From IMG/VR virus record IMGVR_UViG_3300032018_000004, positions 1 to 64,000 of that record: a DNA stretch of 64,000 bases. One strand, 5' to 3'. Source of the DNA: a virus. The number at the start of each line of letters is the position of its first letter. Position 1 is the first letter of the stretch. The position numbers and the translations under genes were made by a program. The notes beneath the pieces are model-generated. The model was not told the origin of the DNA. It searched no databases and saw only the letters and a program-made list of their open reading frames with translations. This document shows positions 19,376 to 29,343 of this stretch, one piece after another.

Positions 19376-20529
19376 TATACTTTAACCTTCCTATATTTAA
19401 AGAGAATTCTAATGACTTCTTTAGGAAGTGATTCTTCTTTATCAAATGATGCCCAAATATTGTGGGCGCGATATTCTTTCAATCCAAAACTATCATCATC
19501 CCTCTTGTTATAAAAAAACTGAGCGAGAATCTTAACTGCAAGTTTCAAATCACTTGGCATATTCACTGAGGTGAACCCAGCGGTGTAGTCAATATAAATA
19601 TTTCCCGCTCCACAAGGCCATCCAGAATATTTTATCAACTGCCCTCTATCTAAATAGGTATCAAAATCAGAAATTGGATTATCTGGTTTTTTTAAGTAGC
19701 ACCAATTATTATCAATTGCACTTAACCCATATGTCTCAATCAATTCTGTGGACTTTACAGCCCCGTAGATGGACGAATTAAGTTTTGCTTCCCACCCATT
19801 GCCAAGAAGGTTAATCGCAGCCACAATGGCGTTTAAGGTGGTGTTAGAGGTGAACGTGACAGTAGCATCGGCAACACCATCAAACACAAGCCTCAACCCC
19901 GTAGGAAGAACAGAAACAGAAGCATATGAGTAAGTGTTTGTATTCTTTACACTAATCACATCTATCTCGCCAATTGCAACCCTATCTATTGCCGTTACAG
20001 GGAAATTATCAATATTGAGAATTGGGCTTCCATTTCCATCATATTTTTCTTTCCTGTATGATGTTTCTTCAAATGTCCTTCCACAATATTCTGAAGCAAT
20101 CTGTTCTGCTGCATCCTTGATAGAAGAAACAACTTGACTAGGGTCTCCGGTTTCAATATCTGAAGTAATTGTCTGGGTGGCTGTTTTGCTTGCCGTGAAT
20201 CCAACAGTTAGCCCAGCATCAGAAAGCGCATGATTATAGGCTATCGTTTTCCCAGTTCCGGCGTTTATGGAAAATTTCATTGTTCCGGGGCTATACGTCA
20301 CAGCAAAGATGATTGTCCCTGTTCCAGTTAGAGTGAGATTGGCATTCATTTTTGTTTGAATTTCTGTTGCTAATCCAGTGCCATTATAATTCCCATCTGC
20401 TAAATTAATATCTACTGGTCCACCAGAAGACGAAGTTACATTTAGCGTGTTATTTGACGGAGTTATGATGAAATATGATGTCTCTATTCCCAAAAATTCA
20501 AGAACTTCATCAAGAGTGGTGATTGCCAT
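19375..20529 (-). CDS. Head-tail connector (gp6/gp15-like), elongated by insertions
   Basis: TLDEVLEFL start, EYCGRTF, YTAGF...PSDLKLAV, ending LFKYRKV. Confidence 0.8.
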   Translation of the reverse strand: MAITTLDEVLEFLGIETSYFIITPSNNTLNVTSSSGGPVDINLADGNYNGTGLATEIQTKMNANLTLTGTGTIIFAVTYSPGTMKFSINAGTGKTIAYNHALSDAGLTVGFTASKTATQTITSDIETGDPSQVVSSIKDAAEQIASEYCGRTFEETSYRKEKYDGNGSPILNIDNFPVTAIDRVAIGEIDVISVKNTNTYSYASVSVLPTGLRLVFDGVADATVTFTSNTTLNAIVAAINLLGNGWEAKLNSSIYGAVKSTELIETYGLSAIDNNWCYLKKPDNPISDFDTYLDRGQLIKYSGWPCGAGNIYIDYTAGFTSVNMPSDLKLAVKILAQFFYNKRDDDSFGLKEYRAHNIWASFDKEESLPKEVIRILFKYRKVKV

Positions 20530-20536
20530 TTCCTAA

Positions 20537-20905
20537 TTACCTCAAGTAGATGATTGTTTTGCCACCCTTGTTGATGCCAGCGTTGGTTACAGACAAAGAC
20601 AAGGTGCTGTTCACGACAGCCCCTACGCCATGAGTATAGTCTTTGATAGTCGGAACTGCGTTTGAAAGATTAGCCCCAAGCCCATGGAGAACATCAACTC
20701 CGTCACTATCATTCACCACAACATCATAAAGAGTTGTTGGCTGTGTACCACCACCATCTGGAAGCTGAATTACCCTCTGAACCATTCCAGTAAACGGGCT
20801 GGTTGTGGTTGATGTAGCATTACCTGATCCATCTGAAAGCCAAGTAAATGCAACTTTTTTAACAGAAAAAACAGTTAGTTCTGATTTTGTCACTGTGCCA
20901 GCCAT
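20537..20905 (-). CDS. Probable virion structural protein
   Basis: Ser/Thr/Gly-rich beta-type composition within head module. Confidence 0.5.
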   Translation of the reverse strand: MAGTVTKSELTVFSVKKVAFTWLSDGSGNATSTTTSPFTGMVQRVIQLPDGGGTQPTTLYDVVVNDSDGVDVLHGLGANLSNAVPTIKDYTHGVGAVVNSTLSLSVTNAGINKGGKTIIYLR

Positions 20906-20971
20906 ATATTTATCTCCTAATTTAATTTAACAAGCTATATAATTATATTTGGTTATGTTACCTAAATCCAT

Positions 20972-21775
20972 CTAATTCTGTATTACCAATAAATGAAAAG
21001 CTATATCACACCTTGGGCTTCCGGTGATTACCGATGGAATAACCGAAGCCTTAATGAGGCTACCACCTGGACATTTCTGAGAATGTATTTTTTTTTCACT
21101 GCTAGTATTTAGAGCAAGGTATATAATCGAATTAAAATGGTAAACTGAGCTGACAGTATGATCATCTGCAAATACGGTTGCTCTTAGCCGTATATCCATA
21201 TCTTGATTGATTGCCGATCCCCACCACCCAGTTAAATATGCAGAGTAGCCAGTTGGCACTTTGTATCTCCCAGATAATGACCTATTTCCACCTGCTCGTA
21301 TAAACTCAACCGTAGTTGCTTCTATAGCAACGCCATTCGTTGATGATATGGTTATGGCCCCTGCGCTAGTCTCTGCATTTCCAGTAAGACTCGCAACCTC
21401 CATCCACTGAATGAAGCTATAGCCTGCCCCGATGTTTACAGGCGTTGTGCCTGTTAAAGTTTTAGTTACTACTTGTTGATTGCCACTCACATCCAAGTAC
21501 ACAATTCGTACTGTTACAGCCCCGGCACCACCAGCCGCATCACTCGCTGATGTACTGACCAGATAATAAGTTGTGCCAGATAAGGGAGTATTCAACAGAC
21601 TTTGCCCACCCACTAAATAATTACATATATCTTGAAACGTAGTGGCCGAATTAAAAGTAGTACGTCTCCCCAAAATGGAAACCACATTGGCTATTTTCCC
21701 ATTAAAATACCCTGTGTGTGAAATCTGAAAATCTTCACTGGCGATATCATTTCTTTCATTAAAAATGGTTGTCAT
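20972..21775 (-). CDS. Probable virion structural protein
   Basis: STSASDAAGGAGAVTVRIVYLD motif, beta-rich; head module. Confidence 0.55.
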   Translation of the reverse strand: MTTIFNERNDIASEDFQISHTGYFNGKIANVVSILGRRTTFNSATTFQDICNYLVGGQSLLNTPLSGTTYYLVSTSASDAAGGAGAVTVRIVYLDVSGNQQVVTKTLTGTTPVNIGAGYSFIQWMEVASLTGNAETSAGAITISSTNGVAIEATTVEFIRAGGNRSLSGRYKVPTGYSAYLTGWWGSAINQDMDIRLRATVFADDHTVSSVYHFNSIIYLALNTSSEKKIHSQKCPGGSLIKASVIPSVITGSPRCDIAFHLLVIQN

Positions 21776-22069
21776 TTACTGACTCAACCTTACAGTTGCA
21801 ACGCCGCTAACAAATTCTCCCAACTTAGTGCCAATGCGATAGAAAACACCAGCTTCTGGCTCAAATCCATATTCTTGGGCATTGCTAACAAAAGTCTTGA
21901 CATCAAACCAAGTGTCTCCAGAGTCGAAACTTCTTTGAACTGTCAAAGTGGCACTCCATGTTCCAGAAATAGATACATTAAAATGACCAGTCAATTCAAC
22001 GCTATCGGTAAATAAATTATCAGAGTTGATGACTCTATCTATTTTCTTTTTTGGTCTATTCAGAGCCAT
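21776..22069 (-). CDS. Small virion-associated protein
   Basis: SGTWSATLTVQRSFDSGDTW motif; head module. Confidence 0.55.
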   Translation of the reverse strand: MALNRPKKKIDRVINSDNLFTDSVELTGHFNVSISGTWSATLTVQRSFDSGDTWFDVKTFVSNAQEYGFEPEAGVFYRIGTKLGEFVSGVATVRLSQ

Positions 22070-22239
22070 GTTTACCCTCTTGGATTATTGGCTGAAAAAC
22101 GTCGTTCAAAACCTTACCGCTTAAATCAAAATAAACTTTCCTCCGACCTCTTTGAAAAAAAGACAAAAGAAAGTTTACAATTTTATCAATCATATTTTTC
22201 ATATTATTCTATTCAACTATTATTTTTATATCCCTATAA

Positions 22240-22270
22240 AGAAAAACAGGGAGGGTTTCCCCTCCCCATC
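22240..22270 (-). terminator. Intrinsic terminator
   Basis: GGGGAGGG-GAAA-CCCTCCCT then GTTTTTC, after 22283-22720. Confidence 0.8.
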
Positions 22271-22282
22271 AAATTCTAAAAA

Positions 22283-22720
22283 CTAAGCTTGTCTAGCCCA
22301 AATACCAACCATTTCCTGAATAATCCAACCATCAACGCCATCCGCAACAATCTTGATCATATCACCAAGTTTTGCAGTTGCCTTAGTATTGATAATTGCT
22401 TTATTATCAGCAGCGGTAATACCACAACCCTGGAACTTATCAATAGCAGCAGGAGCAACAGTCACTGCAACGGTACCGTTTGCGCCAGCGTTTACAAAAG
22501 TATACGAAAGGCCAGCAGCGGTAGAGGGAAGAGTGATAGTCTTAGCATCAGTATCGATATATGTCCGATAGCCACAATCGACAGCGGCTACGGTAGTGTC
22601 TGCACTGAGAGTCTGAACTTTTACAGCATCACTATCTTTTGAAACAGGTTTACCAGTTGCAACTACCTTGGTTACAAGTTCACCAGCATTCCAAACACTT
22701 TTAACTTTAGTTACAGGCAT
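22283..22720 (-). CDS. Capsid-associated/decoration protein candidate
   Basis: TITLP...GLSYTFV...GDMIKIV...W pattern; strong GGAGG RBS; downstream of capsid. Confidence 0.55.
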   Translation of the reverse strand: MPVTKVKSVWNAGELVTKVVATGKPVSKDSDAVKVQTLSADTTVAAVDCGYRTYIDTDAKTITLPSTAAGLSYTFVNAGANGTVAVTVAPAAIDKFQGCGITAADNKAIINTKATAKLGDMIKIVADGVDGWIIQEMVGIWARQA

Positions 22721-22768
22721 AATTTATCCTCCATGCGGATTTAACCGCTTATAGGGAGATGGTTCCCC

Positions 22769-23041
22769 CTATTTAATTTTCTTCGGCCTTCTAGCTTTCT
22801 TAACAGCTTTCGCTGATTTGTCAACTGGTGCTGCCGAAATCATTTTGTTATTAGGCGGTTCATCAATTGATTTTGTTTTAACCTCTTCTCTGAATCCCAC
22901 AAAGTCTCCCACGAATTCAACGGTCCCTCTTCCTTTCAGTTCGTTTGCTTTCACTTCAATTATAGAAAGAAGAGAACCTTCTGGATTGCCCATCCATTCA
23001 GATAGAAATTTAACTTTTACAAATTTATTCTGCCTAATCAT
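22769..23041 (-). CDS. Small head-module protein
   Basis: VKVKFL...G; PPNNKMI motif common after HK97 capsids; basic tail. Confidence 0.55.
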   Translation of the reverse strand: MIRQNKFVKVKFLSEWMGNPEGSLLSIIEVKANELKGRGTVEFVGDFVGFREEVKTKSIDEPPNNKMISAAPVDKSAKAVKKARRPKKIK

Positions 23042-23120
23042 ATTTTACCTTTTAAATTTTTAAAACTAGGGCTACTCAGACGGTAGCCCCATCTCCTTCA
23101 AGTCTTGCTTGATGAGTTAA

Positions 23121-23606
23121 TTAAACAATTGCAGTTGGGGAAACTTCCTGAACAACACGGCCCTTGGAAAGCAGACAGGTGATCGATCCACTAACCGGAC
23201 TATTTACAACTTCAGTTGCTTTTACCCGAACATATTTATTAGTACCGCTAAGAGAAGCAGAATTCACTTCTACGGCGTATACCTGATCAGTCCCGGCAGT
23301 GGTGGTAAAGCCAGACGCGGTTGCAGTCTGCATATCACCCCAAGTGTCACCAGTAGTGCATACCCAATAAACAAAGGGAATTGCAGTTGCAGTGCCAGGA
23401 ACAACGGTATCGCAAGACTCTACGGTAATGGTAGCGGTGCCAGTTGCACCAGCGGCCTTCTGAATGATAAAAGTTGCGTTCTCATACTTACCAAGATTGA
23501 TAATGTCCGTTGCTGGAGTACCATTGAACAAGTCGTCATAAGCAGCCGCACTTGCAGCAGGAAGTGCATTTACCACATGAACATTCTGAAAAAATCTTCC
23601 ACCCAT
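23121..23606 (-). CDS. Capsid accessory (cement/decoration) protein candidate
   Basis: Directly after major capsid, GGAGG RBS; DIINLGKYE...YVRVK pattern. Confidence 0.6.
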   Translation of the reverse strand: MGGRFFQNVHVVNALPAASAAAYDDLFNGTPATDIINLGKYENATFIIQKAAGATGTATITVESCDTVVPGTATAIPFVYWVCTTGDTWGDMQTATASGFTTTAGTDQVYAVEVNSASLSGTNKYVRVKATEVVNSPVSGSITCLLSKGRVVQEVSPTAIV

Positions 23607-23664
23607 AATTTATTCCTCCATATATTTTATAAAATTCTTTTTATTATTTACCCCAAATCAAACA

Positions 23665-23716
23665 GTGCGGAAATCAGCCGGGAGAGTTGCTGACTTATCG
23701 GTTCCCCTATCCGCAC
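23665..23716 (-). ncRNA. Structured cis-RNA motif, copy 3
   Basis: GTGCGGA-TAGG-GGAA-CCGATAAG-TCAGC-loop-GCTGA-TT-TCCGCAC, 11 nt after capsid stop. Confidence 0.7.
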
Positions 23717-23727
23717 CTAACTAAAAA

Positions 23728-24975
23728 CTATCGTGTTGCCAACGCCACAAACGGAGAAAGCGTATCGCTGGTAGCTTCAGGAGGTACCAATGCCTGTGGC
23801 ATCCAACTTTGACCCGCAACATAAAATGCAAATCTAAATGCTTGCTGGTCATTTTCAAATTTAATATGCATAGAGGTATCAAAACGCATACCTTCACTAC
23901 CAGCGAGCATACCAAGCAAATACTGCTTCATGTTGACAAGCATGATGTCGCCAACAGTACCAAGAGACTTAGCATGATGGCTGAACACAATTGGCAATCC
24001 AAACAAGGTCGCGAAAGGAACGCCAGCCGCGCCATTTGCAGGCATAAAGACAGGAACTCCGCCTGTGCCGACAGCGAGGCTCATCGATGCAAGCTGGGGA
24101 AGGGTATTCGGATTGACAACCCAAACAGCATTAGAAGGGTCAAGACAACGAGAATACATCTTGATTACATTTTCCCAAAGAATGGTAGTTGAAGCTTGAC
24201 CAGTTTCAGCAGTTACGGAAACTAGAGCAGGAGCATTGAGTACACCCTGAGGCTGACCTGCCCCAGTGCCCTTTAGAATTACCCGATTCATTTCATAGTT
24301 GAAGCCATCAACAAAACCCTCACGAAGAATGTTCTCCATAGACATCGGAGAAAACCGGAGAATTTCATCAGAAGCGTAGGCAAGGCCAGTTACTTTATGA
24401 AGGGTAAGGTTGATATAGCCAAGCTTGACACTCTTGGGAGTAAGAGCTTCTTCCTCGTCAGTCCAATTCCAAGCTACATTGCCATAAACCAAATTCCCGG
24501 ATTTGTCGAAGCCATTGACATAGGGGATTTTAACAACATTGCTCTGCATGGGAATCTGAGTACAACGAGCCATCAGTTCATTCTTCTCACGGGAAGCAAC
24601 AAGCAATTCCTGACGAAATTCTTCAGGAACTACATAGCCGCCAGATTCACCATCAGAAACATTCTGAGACGGGGTGCCAGCAGCCTTGGTACAAACAGAC
24701 TCCCAATCGCCCAACTCTTTAGAAACCTTGCGAAAGCCACTTTGTGCAGCCTTTGCAACATCAAGGGCAAAGTGAGAGAAAGACTTGAATCCAGCCTTCT
24801 TATCCACCAATTTCTCGCCAACAACAATCCGCTTCTCTACTTCACCTACAGCTTCCTTAATCTTTGCATCAATCTCAGCAGCCATAGCCTCACGATCTTC
24901 AGCCATCACGCCCTTAACCGCCTCAACAGTGGTGTCCTTTACAAGGGCTTCAAATTCACTTTTTTCCATTGACAT
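23728..24975 (-). CDS. Major capsid protein (HK97 fold)
   Basis: GGYVVPEEF, GTGAGQPQGVL, TLFGLPI, SPFVALATR. Confidence 0.95.
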   Translation of the reverse strand: MSMEKSEFEALVKDTTVEAVKGVMAEDREAMAAEIDAKIKEAVGEVEKRIVVGEKLVDKKAGFKSFSHFALDVAKAAQSGFRKVSKELGDWESVCTKAAGTPSQNVSDGESGGYVVPEEFRQELLVASREKNELMARCTQIPMQSNVVKIPYVNGFDKSGNLVYGNVAWNWTDEEEALTPKSVKLGYINLTLHKVTGLAYASDEILRFSPMSMENILREGFVDGFNYEMNRVILKGTGAGQPQGVLNAPALVSVTAETGQASTTILWENVIKMYSRCLDPSNAVWVVNPNTLPQLASMSLAVGTGGVPVFMPANGAAGVPFATLFGLPIVFSHHAKSLGTVGDIMLVNMKQYLLGMLAGSEGMRFDTSMHIKFENDQQAFRFAFYVAGQSWMPQALVPPEATSDTLSPFVALATR

Positions 24976-25126
24976 ATTTTATTCCTCCAGATTTTTTGTT
25001 TTTATTTCAATCACTTACGGCCTAATATCTCTTAAATATCTCTAGCCAGATTGAATTTTTTATTGACATCCCCGCATATTTTATGTAATGTTAAATTGGG
25101 GATATATGCCTTTTGTTTTATTTATA

Positions 25127-26533
25127 TTAAAAAATGATGCCTTTTGCCTTTTTGATTCTTTCTTCTACGAGATCACTAATTGATTGAGTTTTAGATTTTG
25201 CAGAGAGAACTGATTCGATTACCATCTTTTTAACATCTTCTGGTGTAAAATCCAGATCAATCGTTTGTTTTTTAATTTCAAAATCAATTACATCTTTTTC
25301 TTTCACTTTCTCTGTATATACCTTATCGGCATTTTCTTCAGGAAACTTTAATGTTTTTTCAATCTTTTCGTCAACATACGCACGAATTGATTTAATTTCT
25401 TCAAGAATTTCTTGGAATTTATCGATATCACTTTTGGTGGCAGTTTCTGTTTCTTTAGAATCGATTATCTTTTCTTCTGTATTATCTTCCTGATTATCAA
25501 TAACCATGGTTTCTTTTGTTTCTTCCTGAACGTCCAATGATTTCTTCGTTGGCTTGTCGCAACCTTCATATTGGGGGCAATTTTCTCCATCACAACTACC
25601 GTCTTCCCCATCACAAGGCATAGCATCCTTTTCAGATTTTTCTTCCGCTGCATCTTCTACAACTTCAGTCATTTCTGTTTTTTCTTCGGTTGATTCTGTC
25701 TTTTCTTCGGATGATTCGTCAGAAAAGCTTCCCCAATCTTTCTCCATTGCTTTCCGCAATTTACTCTCTTCGTCTTTAAGGGCGAGAGAAATTTTTTCTT
25801 CCATGGCATCTCTCATCTTGGACATATTGCCTTCGCATTTTTGGGAAACGCTGAGGCTCCCATCCTCATTTTTGACCAATGGCATATAGCCCTCGATATC
25901 AATATGACCAATTACTTTTGCTTTTTCTTCGGTGGGTTCGGAAGTAAGCTCGATGTATTCTTTTGAGTCTTTTAGTTTTTCAACCATTGATTTTACTTCA
26001 GCAGATTTGATTTCCCCCCTCTCTAGGGAGGCGACCATTGATTTAGCCCCGTTAATGATGGTCGCGGAGGGATTCGCTGGTATTGTTACACATGATAATT
26101 CGAGAAGTTCACACTCTTCATATACAGTACAAGGGACTTTCCCATTTTTATCAACATATTTCTGGCTCTTTTCATTGTCATATATTCTAACTGGTCGAAA
26201 TCCAACTGAAAAACTTGACATGAAACCATTTTTGTAAAGAGAATAAATCTCATTTCCCGCTTCCGTATCTGCGAACTTGATTTTGAATTTCAAACCATTA
26301 GAGTCAGTCTTTTGCCAAATAGATTTCGCAACTGGGAGTGACCAGTAATCATGATTTACCAAAATTACTGGATTCATTCTATAATTCTTCAATCCTTCTT
26401 CCGTCCAAGCAGAAGCAAGAATCATTTCATTATGCCTATCGACCTCATTGGTAGATGCATAGCAAACAATTGAGTTTTCATCGTCCAACATTTCGCTTTT
26501 TTGTGCATACGCGAACATTTTATTTTCAGCCAT
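25127..26533 (-). CDS. HK97-family prohead protease with long acidic scaffold-like C-terminus
   Basis: NPVILVNHD, SFSVGF, ELSCVTIPANPSA. Confidence 0.93.
   Translation of the reverse strand: MAENKMFAYAQKSEMLDDENSIVCYASTNEVDRHNEMILASAWTEEGLKNYRMNPVILVNHDYWSLPVAKSIWQKTDSNGLKFKIKFADTEAGNEIYSLYKNGFMSSFSVGFRPVRIYDNEKSQKYVDKNGKVPCTVYEECELLELSCVTIPANPSATIINGAKSMVASLERGEIKSAEVKSMVEKLKDSKEYIELTSEPTEEKAKVIGHIDIEGYMPLVKNEDGSLSVSQKCEGNMSKMRDAMEEKISLALKDEESKLRKAMEKDWGSFSDESSEEKTESTEEKTEMTEVVEDAAEEKSEKDAMPCDGEDGSCDGENCPQYEGCDKPTKKSLDVQEETKETMVIDNQEDNTEEKIIDSKETETATKSDIDKFQEILEEIKSIRAYVDEKIEKTLKFPEENADKVYTEKVKEKDVIDFEIKKQTIDLDFTPEDVKKMVIESVLSAKSKTQSISDLVEERIKKAKGIIF
25323..25350 (-). promoter_or_regulatory. 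sigma28-type promoter inside protease gene, facing major capsid gene
   Basis: TAAAGTTT-N12-GCCGATAA ~350 bp upstream of capsid start. Confidence 0.75.
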
Positions 26534-26554
26534 CTAAATTCCTCCTATCTTACA

Positions 26555-26773
26555 TTAAAATAATTGCATTGAATCAAATATGTAGTTTGATCTAATTTGT
26601 TTTATTACATTTCCTTGTTCAATGCCACAGCAATATTCTTCTCCGTTTTGACATACAGATTTTATTTGTTTGTCTTTATAAATAGGGCAAAAATCATGAT
26701 TTACAGGCTCAAATTGCCCATGTGTGTTCATCTTTATTCTTACTAGGTGGTAAATTTGGGTTTTATTTGCCAT
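26555..26773 (-). CDS. Hypothetical protein
   Basis: Coupled to neighbouring ORF in the late operon. Confidence 0.5.
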   Translation of the reverse strand: MANKTQIYHLVRIKMNTHGQFEPVNHDFCPIYKDKQIKSVCQNGEEYCCGIEQGNVIKQIRSNYIFDSMQLF

Positions 26774-27081
26774 TAACTTCTTCTACATAGAAAATTCATC
26801 AAACGTCTTGAGATAGATATGATATTATCAAAATATCTCCAATCCCCTTTTAATTCTGGGACCACTAAATTTTCATCTTCTTTAATTTCTACTAATTTAA
26901 ATTTCTTAAATAGTTTTACCAATTCTCCATCTTTAATTTCTGGAGTGTCTGGATAGTATTCACATGAAATAGTCAACAAGCTATCAACTTCGCATTCCAT
27001 ATTGAATTTCTTACAACGCTTTGGTAACCCAAGAATTTTAATTAAATCAGTTACTTCTTTGCTATGCCCATTAAAAGCCAT
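26773..27081 (-). CDS. Hypothetical protein
   Basis: Tightly packed between neighbours, same strand. Confidence 0.55.
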   Translation of the reverse strand: MAFNGHSKEVTDLIKILGLPKRCKKFNMECEVDSLLTISCEYYPDTPEIKDGELVKLFKKFKLVEIKEDENLVVPELKGDWRYFDNIISISRRLMNFLCRRS

Positions 27082-27082
27082 T

Positions 27083-27859
27083 TCAGTTCTCCCTCACCAT
27101 TCTCATTTTCTCCAAAGTGGTTGTTTCCATGTCGAATCTTCCTGGCTTAAATGAATCAAGAAGCACTAACCCCTTCCAGTATTCAATTATCCGACCATGA
27201 ATATAATCCTCTTCATCCTCAAAGAAACAACCAACAACCAGCACCTGTTGAAGATCATCCTGACCGTGACGCTTAAAATTTTCTTCTGCTTTACAATGCG
27301 TATGCGCGAATACAACACTACCAAACATTACTTGACTAACTTTCTTTGTTATATTAACACCAGAGATTTCTTTTGCCTTATTGAAAGGAATGTGGGTGAA
27401 GGCAATATCATTTATGTAGTAGTATTCACGATATGGAATAAATTTAATTCCACGCTCTCTCAATTTTAAGTCCTGATCTACGCTAACCAAACCCTCAAAT
27501 GTTGGATCGCTCTCAAGGTATCTGTCGAGGCGATTCTCGTGATTTCCATTCAAATAAATAATTTCTGGCCGATAAATTTTTTCTTTATTTTTCCTTTGTC
27601 TATCTTGCAACTCATTCAATGGGTAAAAAATAATATCAAGTGCTTTATTTCCAGTATCGATTTCTTTCTTGTACCTTTTCCCTTCCATTTTCATACGCTT
27701 ATCTCTATCCCAACCAGACAAGCACTGAAAAGTTAAAAAATCCCCCATAAAAACAATATAATCCGGCTTTTTTTCGATGATATATTGACCTAGATATAAA
27801 AACCTATCCAAATCATCATCCGCTGAAACGTGACAGTCGCCTATCGGCAAAATTAACAA
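27083..27859 (-). CDS. Calcineurin-like metallophosphoesterase
   Basis: GDCH, GDF, GNHE, FTH, AHTH motifs. Confidence 0.9.
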   Translation of the reverse strand: MLILPIGDCHVSADDDLDRFLYLGQYIIEKKPDYIVFMGDFLTFQCLSGWDRDKRMKMEGKRYKKEIDTGNKALDIIFYPLNELQDRQRKNKEKIYRPEIIYLNGNHENRLDRYLESDPTFEGLVSVDQDLKLRERGIKFIPYREYYYINDIAFTHIPFNKAKEISGVNITKKVSQVMFGSVVFAHTHCKAEENFKRHGQDDLQQVLVVGCFFEDEEDYIHGRIIEYWKGLVLLDSFKPGRFDMETTTLEKMRMVREN

Positions 27860-28311
27860 GTCTTTCTCTCCCTATTAAGATTTAAATTGCTGAATCCAAC
27901 CAATTGCTCTCTTGCAATTCTACTCGCATCATTCTTCCTGTAATTATTCCAAGCAACCCACCCTCCAATTCTTAAAGCCCTATAAATTACAGCTCTCTGC
28001 CATTTAGATACACCAAGGACATCCATTGCTTCTAACAGTAATTGGTCACTTGCTTTCTGCGACCCCAAAAGATTCGTTTTATAGAGATGATCATGTAGTA
28101 CAGCGGCCTTGCCATATTGCCCCCAAGGAGAGAGGATGTTTTGGACTATTCCTGGTATGCTTGCGCCATCAGTGATGAACCCAATCGGCACCTCTATAAT
28201 CTGTTTAGAGAGCATTCCCCCGACACGGTAGCGGAAATGCTCTCTAAGATAGAAGGTTTCAGATTCTCCGTCAACTGGGGTGAGGAGGAGTTGGGTTGTA
28301 AAACTAGACAT
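27853..28311 (-). CDS. DUF1353-like protein
   Basis: VPIGFITDGASIP...AAVLHDHLY...ALRIGG. Confidence 0.85.
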   Translation of the reverse strand: MSSFTTQLLLTPVDGESETFYLREHFRYRVGGMLSKQIIEVPIGFITDGASIPGIVQNILSPWGQYGKAAVLHDHLYKTNLLGSQKASDQLLLEAMDVLGVSKWQRAVIYRALRIGGWVAWNNYRKNDASRIAREQLVGFSNLNLNRERKTC

Positions 28312-28314
28312 TAA

Positions 28315-29307
28315 TTAACATCCTTTATGATCATGGCAGTCTTCGCATGTTATCAGTTGATGTGACATGTTATCTGCCTCGCTTATGTATTTAGATACCA
28401 TCATATTGTGATGGATAATTAATTCAGATTGCTGTTTCTCTTTTCCGCATTTATCGCAGAAATTATACCCGAATTCGTCTGTCTGCAATTCAAGCAGTGC
28501 CTGACGATTTACGGGTTGGTTGCAACGAGCTTGTTTTGCTACGTTCCTTAAAGATTTAGGGGTGTTCACTGTTCCAAATATATCGCACTCCTGCTTGCAC
28601 TTTTCAGAACAATAGAGTCTATTTTCTCCTCTTAAAACACCACTTAATGCACCTATTCTCCATCTAATTTCCGCATTCGTTACGGGAAAATATTCCTTAC
28701 AATGAGTGCACCTACACCATAATTCGTTATCCCCTACTAATATTGGCTCTTCTTCAATGGTTAATCTTACTGCATATGTAGAATAATTTGCAATTTTATT
28801 TCTATGGTTTCTGTCTCTTTCTATTATAATTTCCCTATTCTTCTTCCGGTATTCCTTGGTCTTTACTTCTATTATTTTTTTATTGTTATTATAATATTTG
28901 TTTGATTTATCTATAATTGCTTCAGAATTTCTTTGATAATACTCTTTTCTCCGCGCTACAAATTCTTTATCGTGTTTATTAATTAAATATTTTTTATTTA
29001 GTTTCTTTTTTATTATTTCCCTATTTTTAACCCGATATTTATTAAAACATTCTTTGCAAATATAGCAAAGCCCATCTTTACTTCTATTGTCTTTATAAAA
29101 TCTATTTATATTTTCAACTACATTGCAGCGACTGCATCTCTTCAATCCATCTGGTAAAATTTCTTTTGGTGGATGCTTTCTTATTCTGGCATTACGGCAC
29201 TGTTTACATTCATTTCTCCTTCCATCTTTTGAATCTTTCCTTTTATAAAATTCATTTAACCATTTTTCAATTTTACACTTTCTACAAACTTTTACTTTCG
29301 TTTTCAT
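28315..29307 (-). CDS. Free-standing HNH-type endonuclease with CxxC repeats
   Basis: KVCRKC..EK...F...DG...CK.C repeats; C-terminal CDKCG...HH...DN...TCEDCH. Confidence 0.8.
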   Translation of the reverse strand: MKTKVKVCRKCKIEKWLNEFYKRKDSKDGRRNECKQCRNARIRKHPPKEILPDGLKRCSRCNVVENINRFYKDNRSKDGLCYICKECFNKYRVKNREIIKKKLNKKYLINKHDKEFVARRKEYYQRNSEAIIDKSNKYYNNNKKIIEVKTKEYRKKNREIIIERDRNHRNKIANYSTYAVRLTIEEEPILVGDNELWCRCTHCKEYFPVTNAEIRWRIGALSGVLRGENRLYCSEKCKQECDIFGTVNTPKSLRNVAKQARCNQPVNRQALLELQTDEFGYNFCDKCGKEKQQSELIIHHNMMVSKYISEADNMSHQLITCEDCHDHKGC

Positions 29308-29343
29308 TATATACCTCTGTAGTATATTCTGATTAATTAAATG

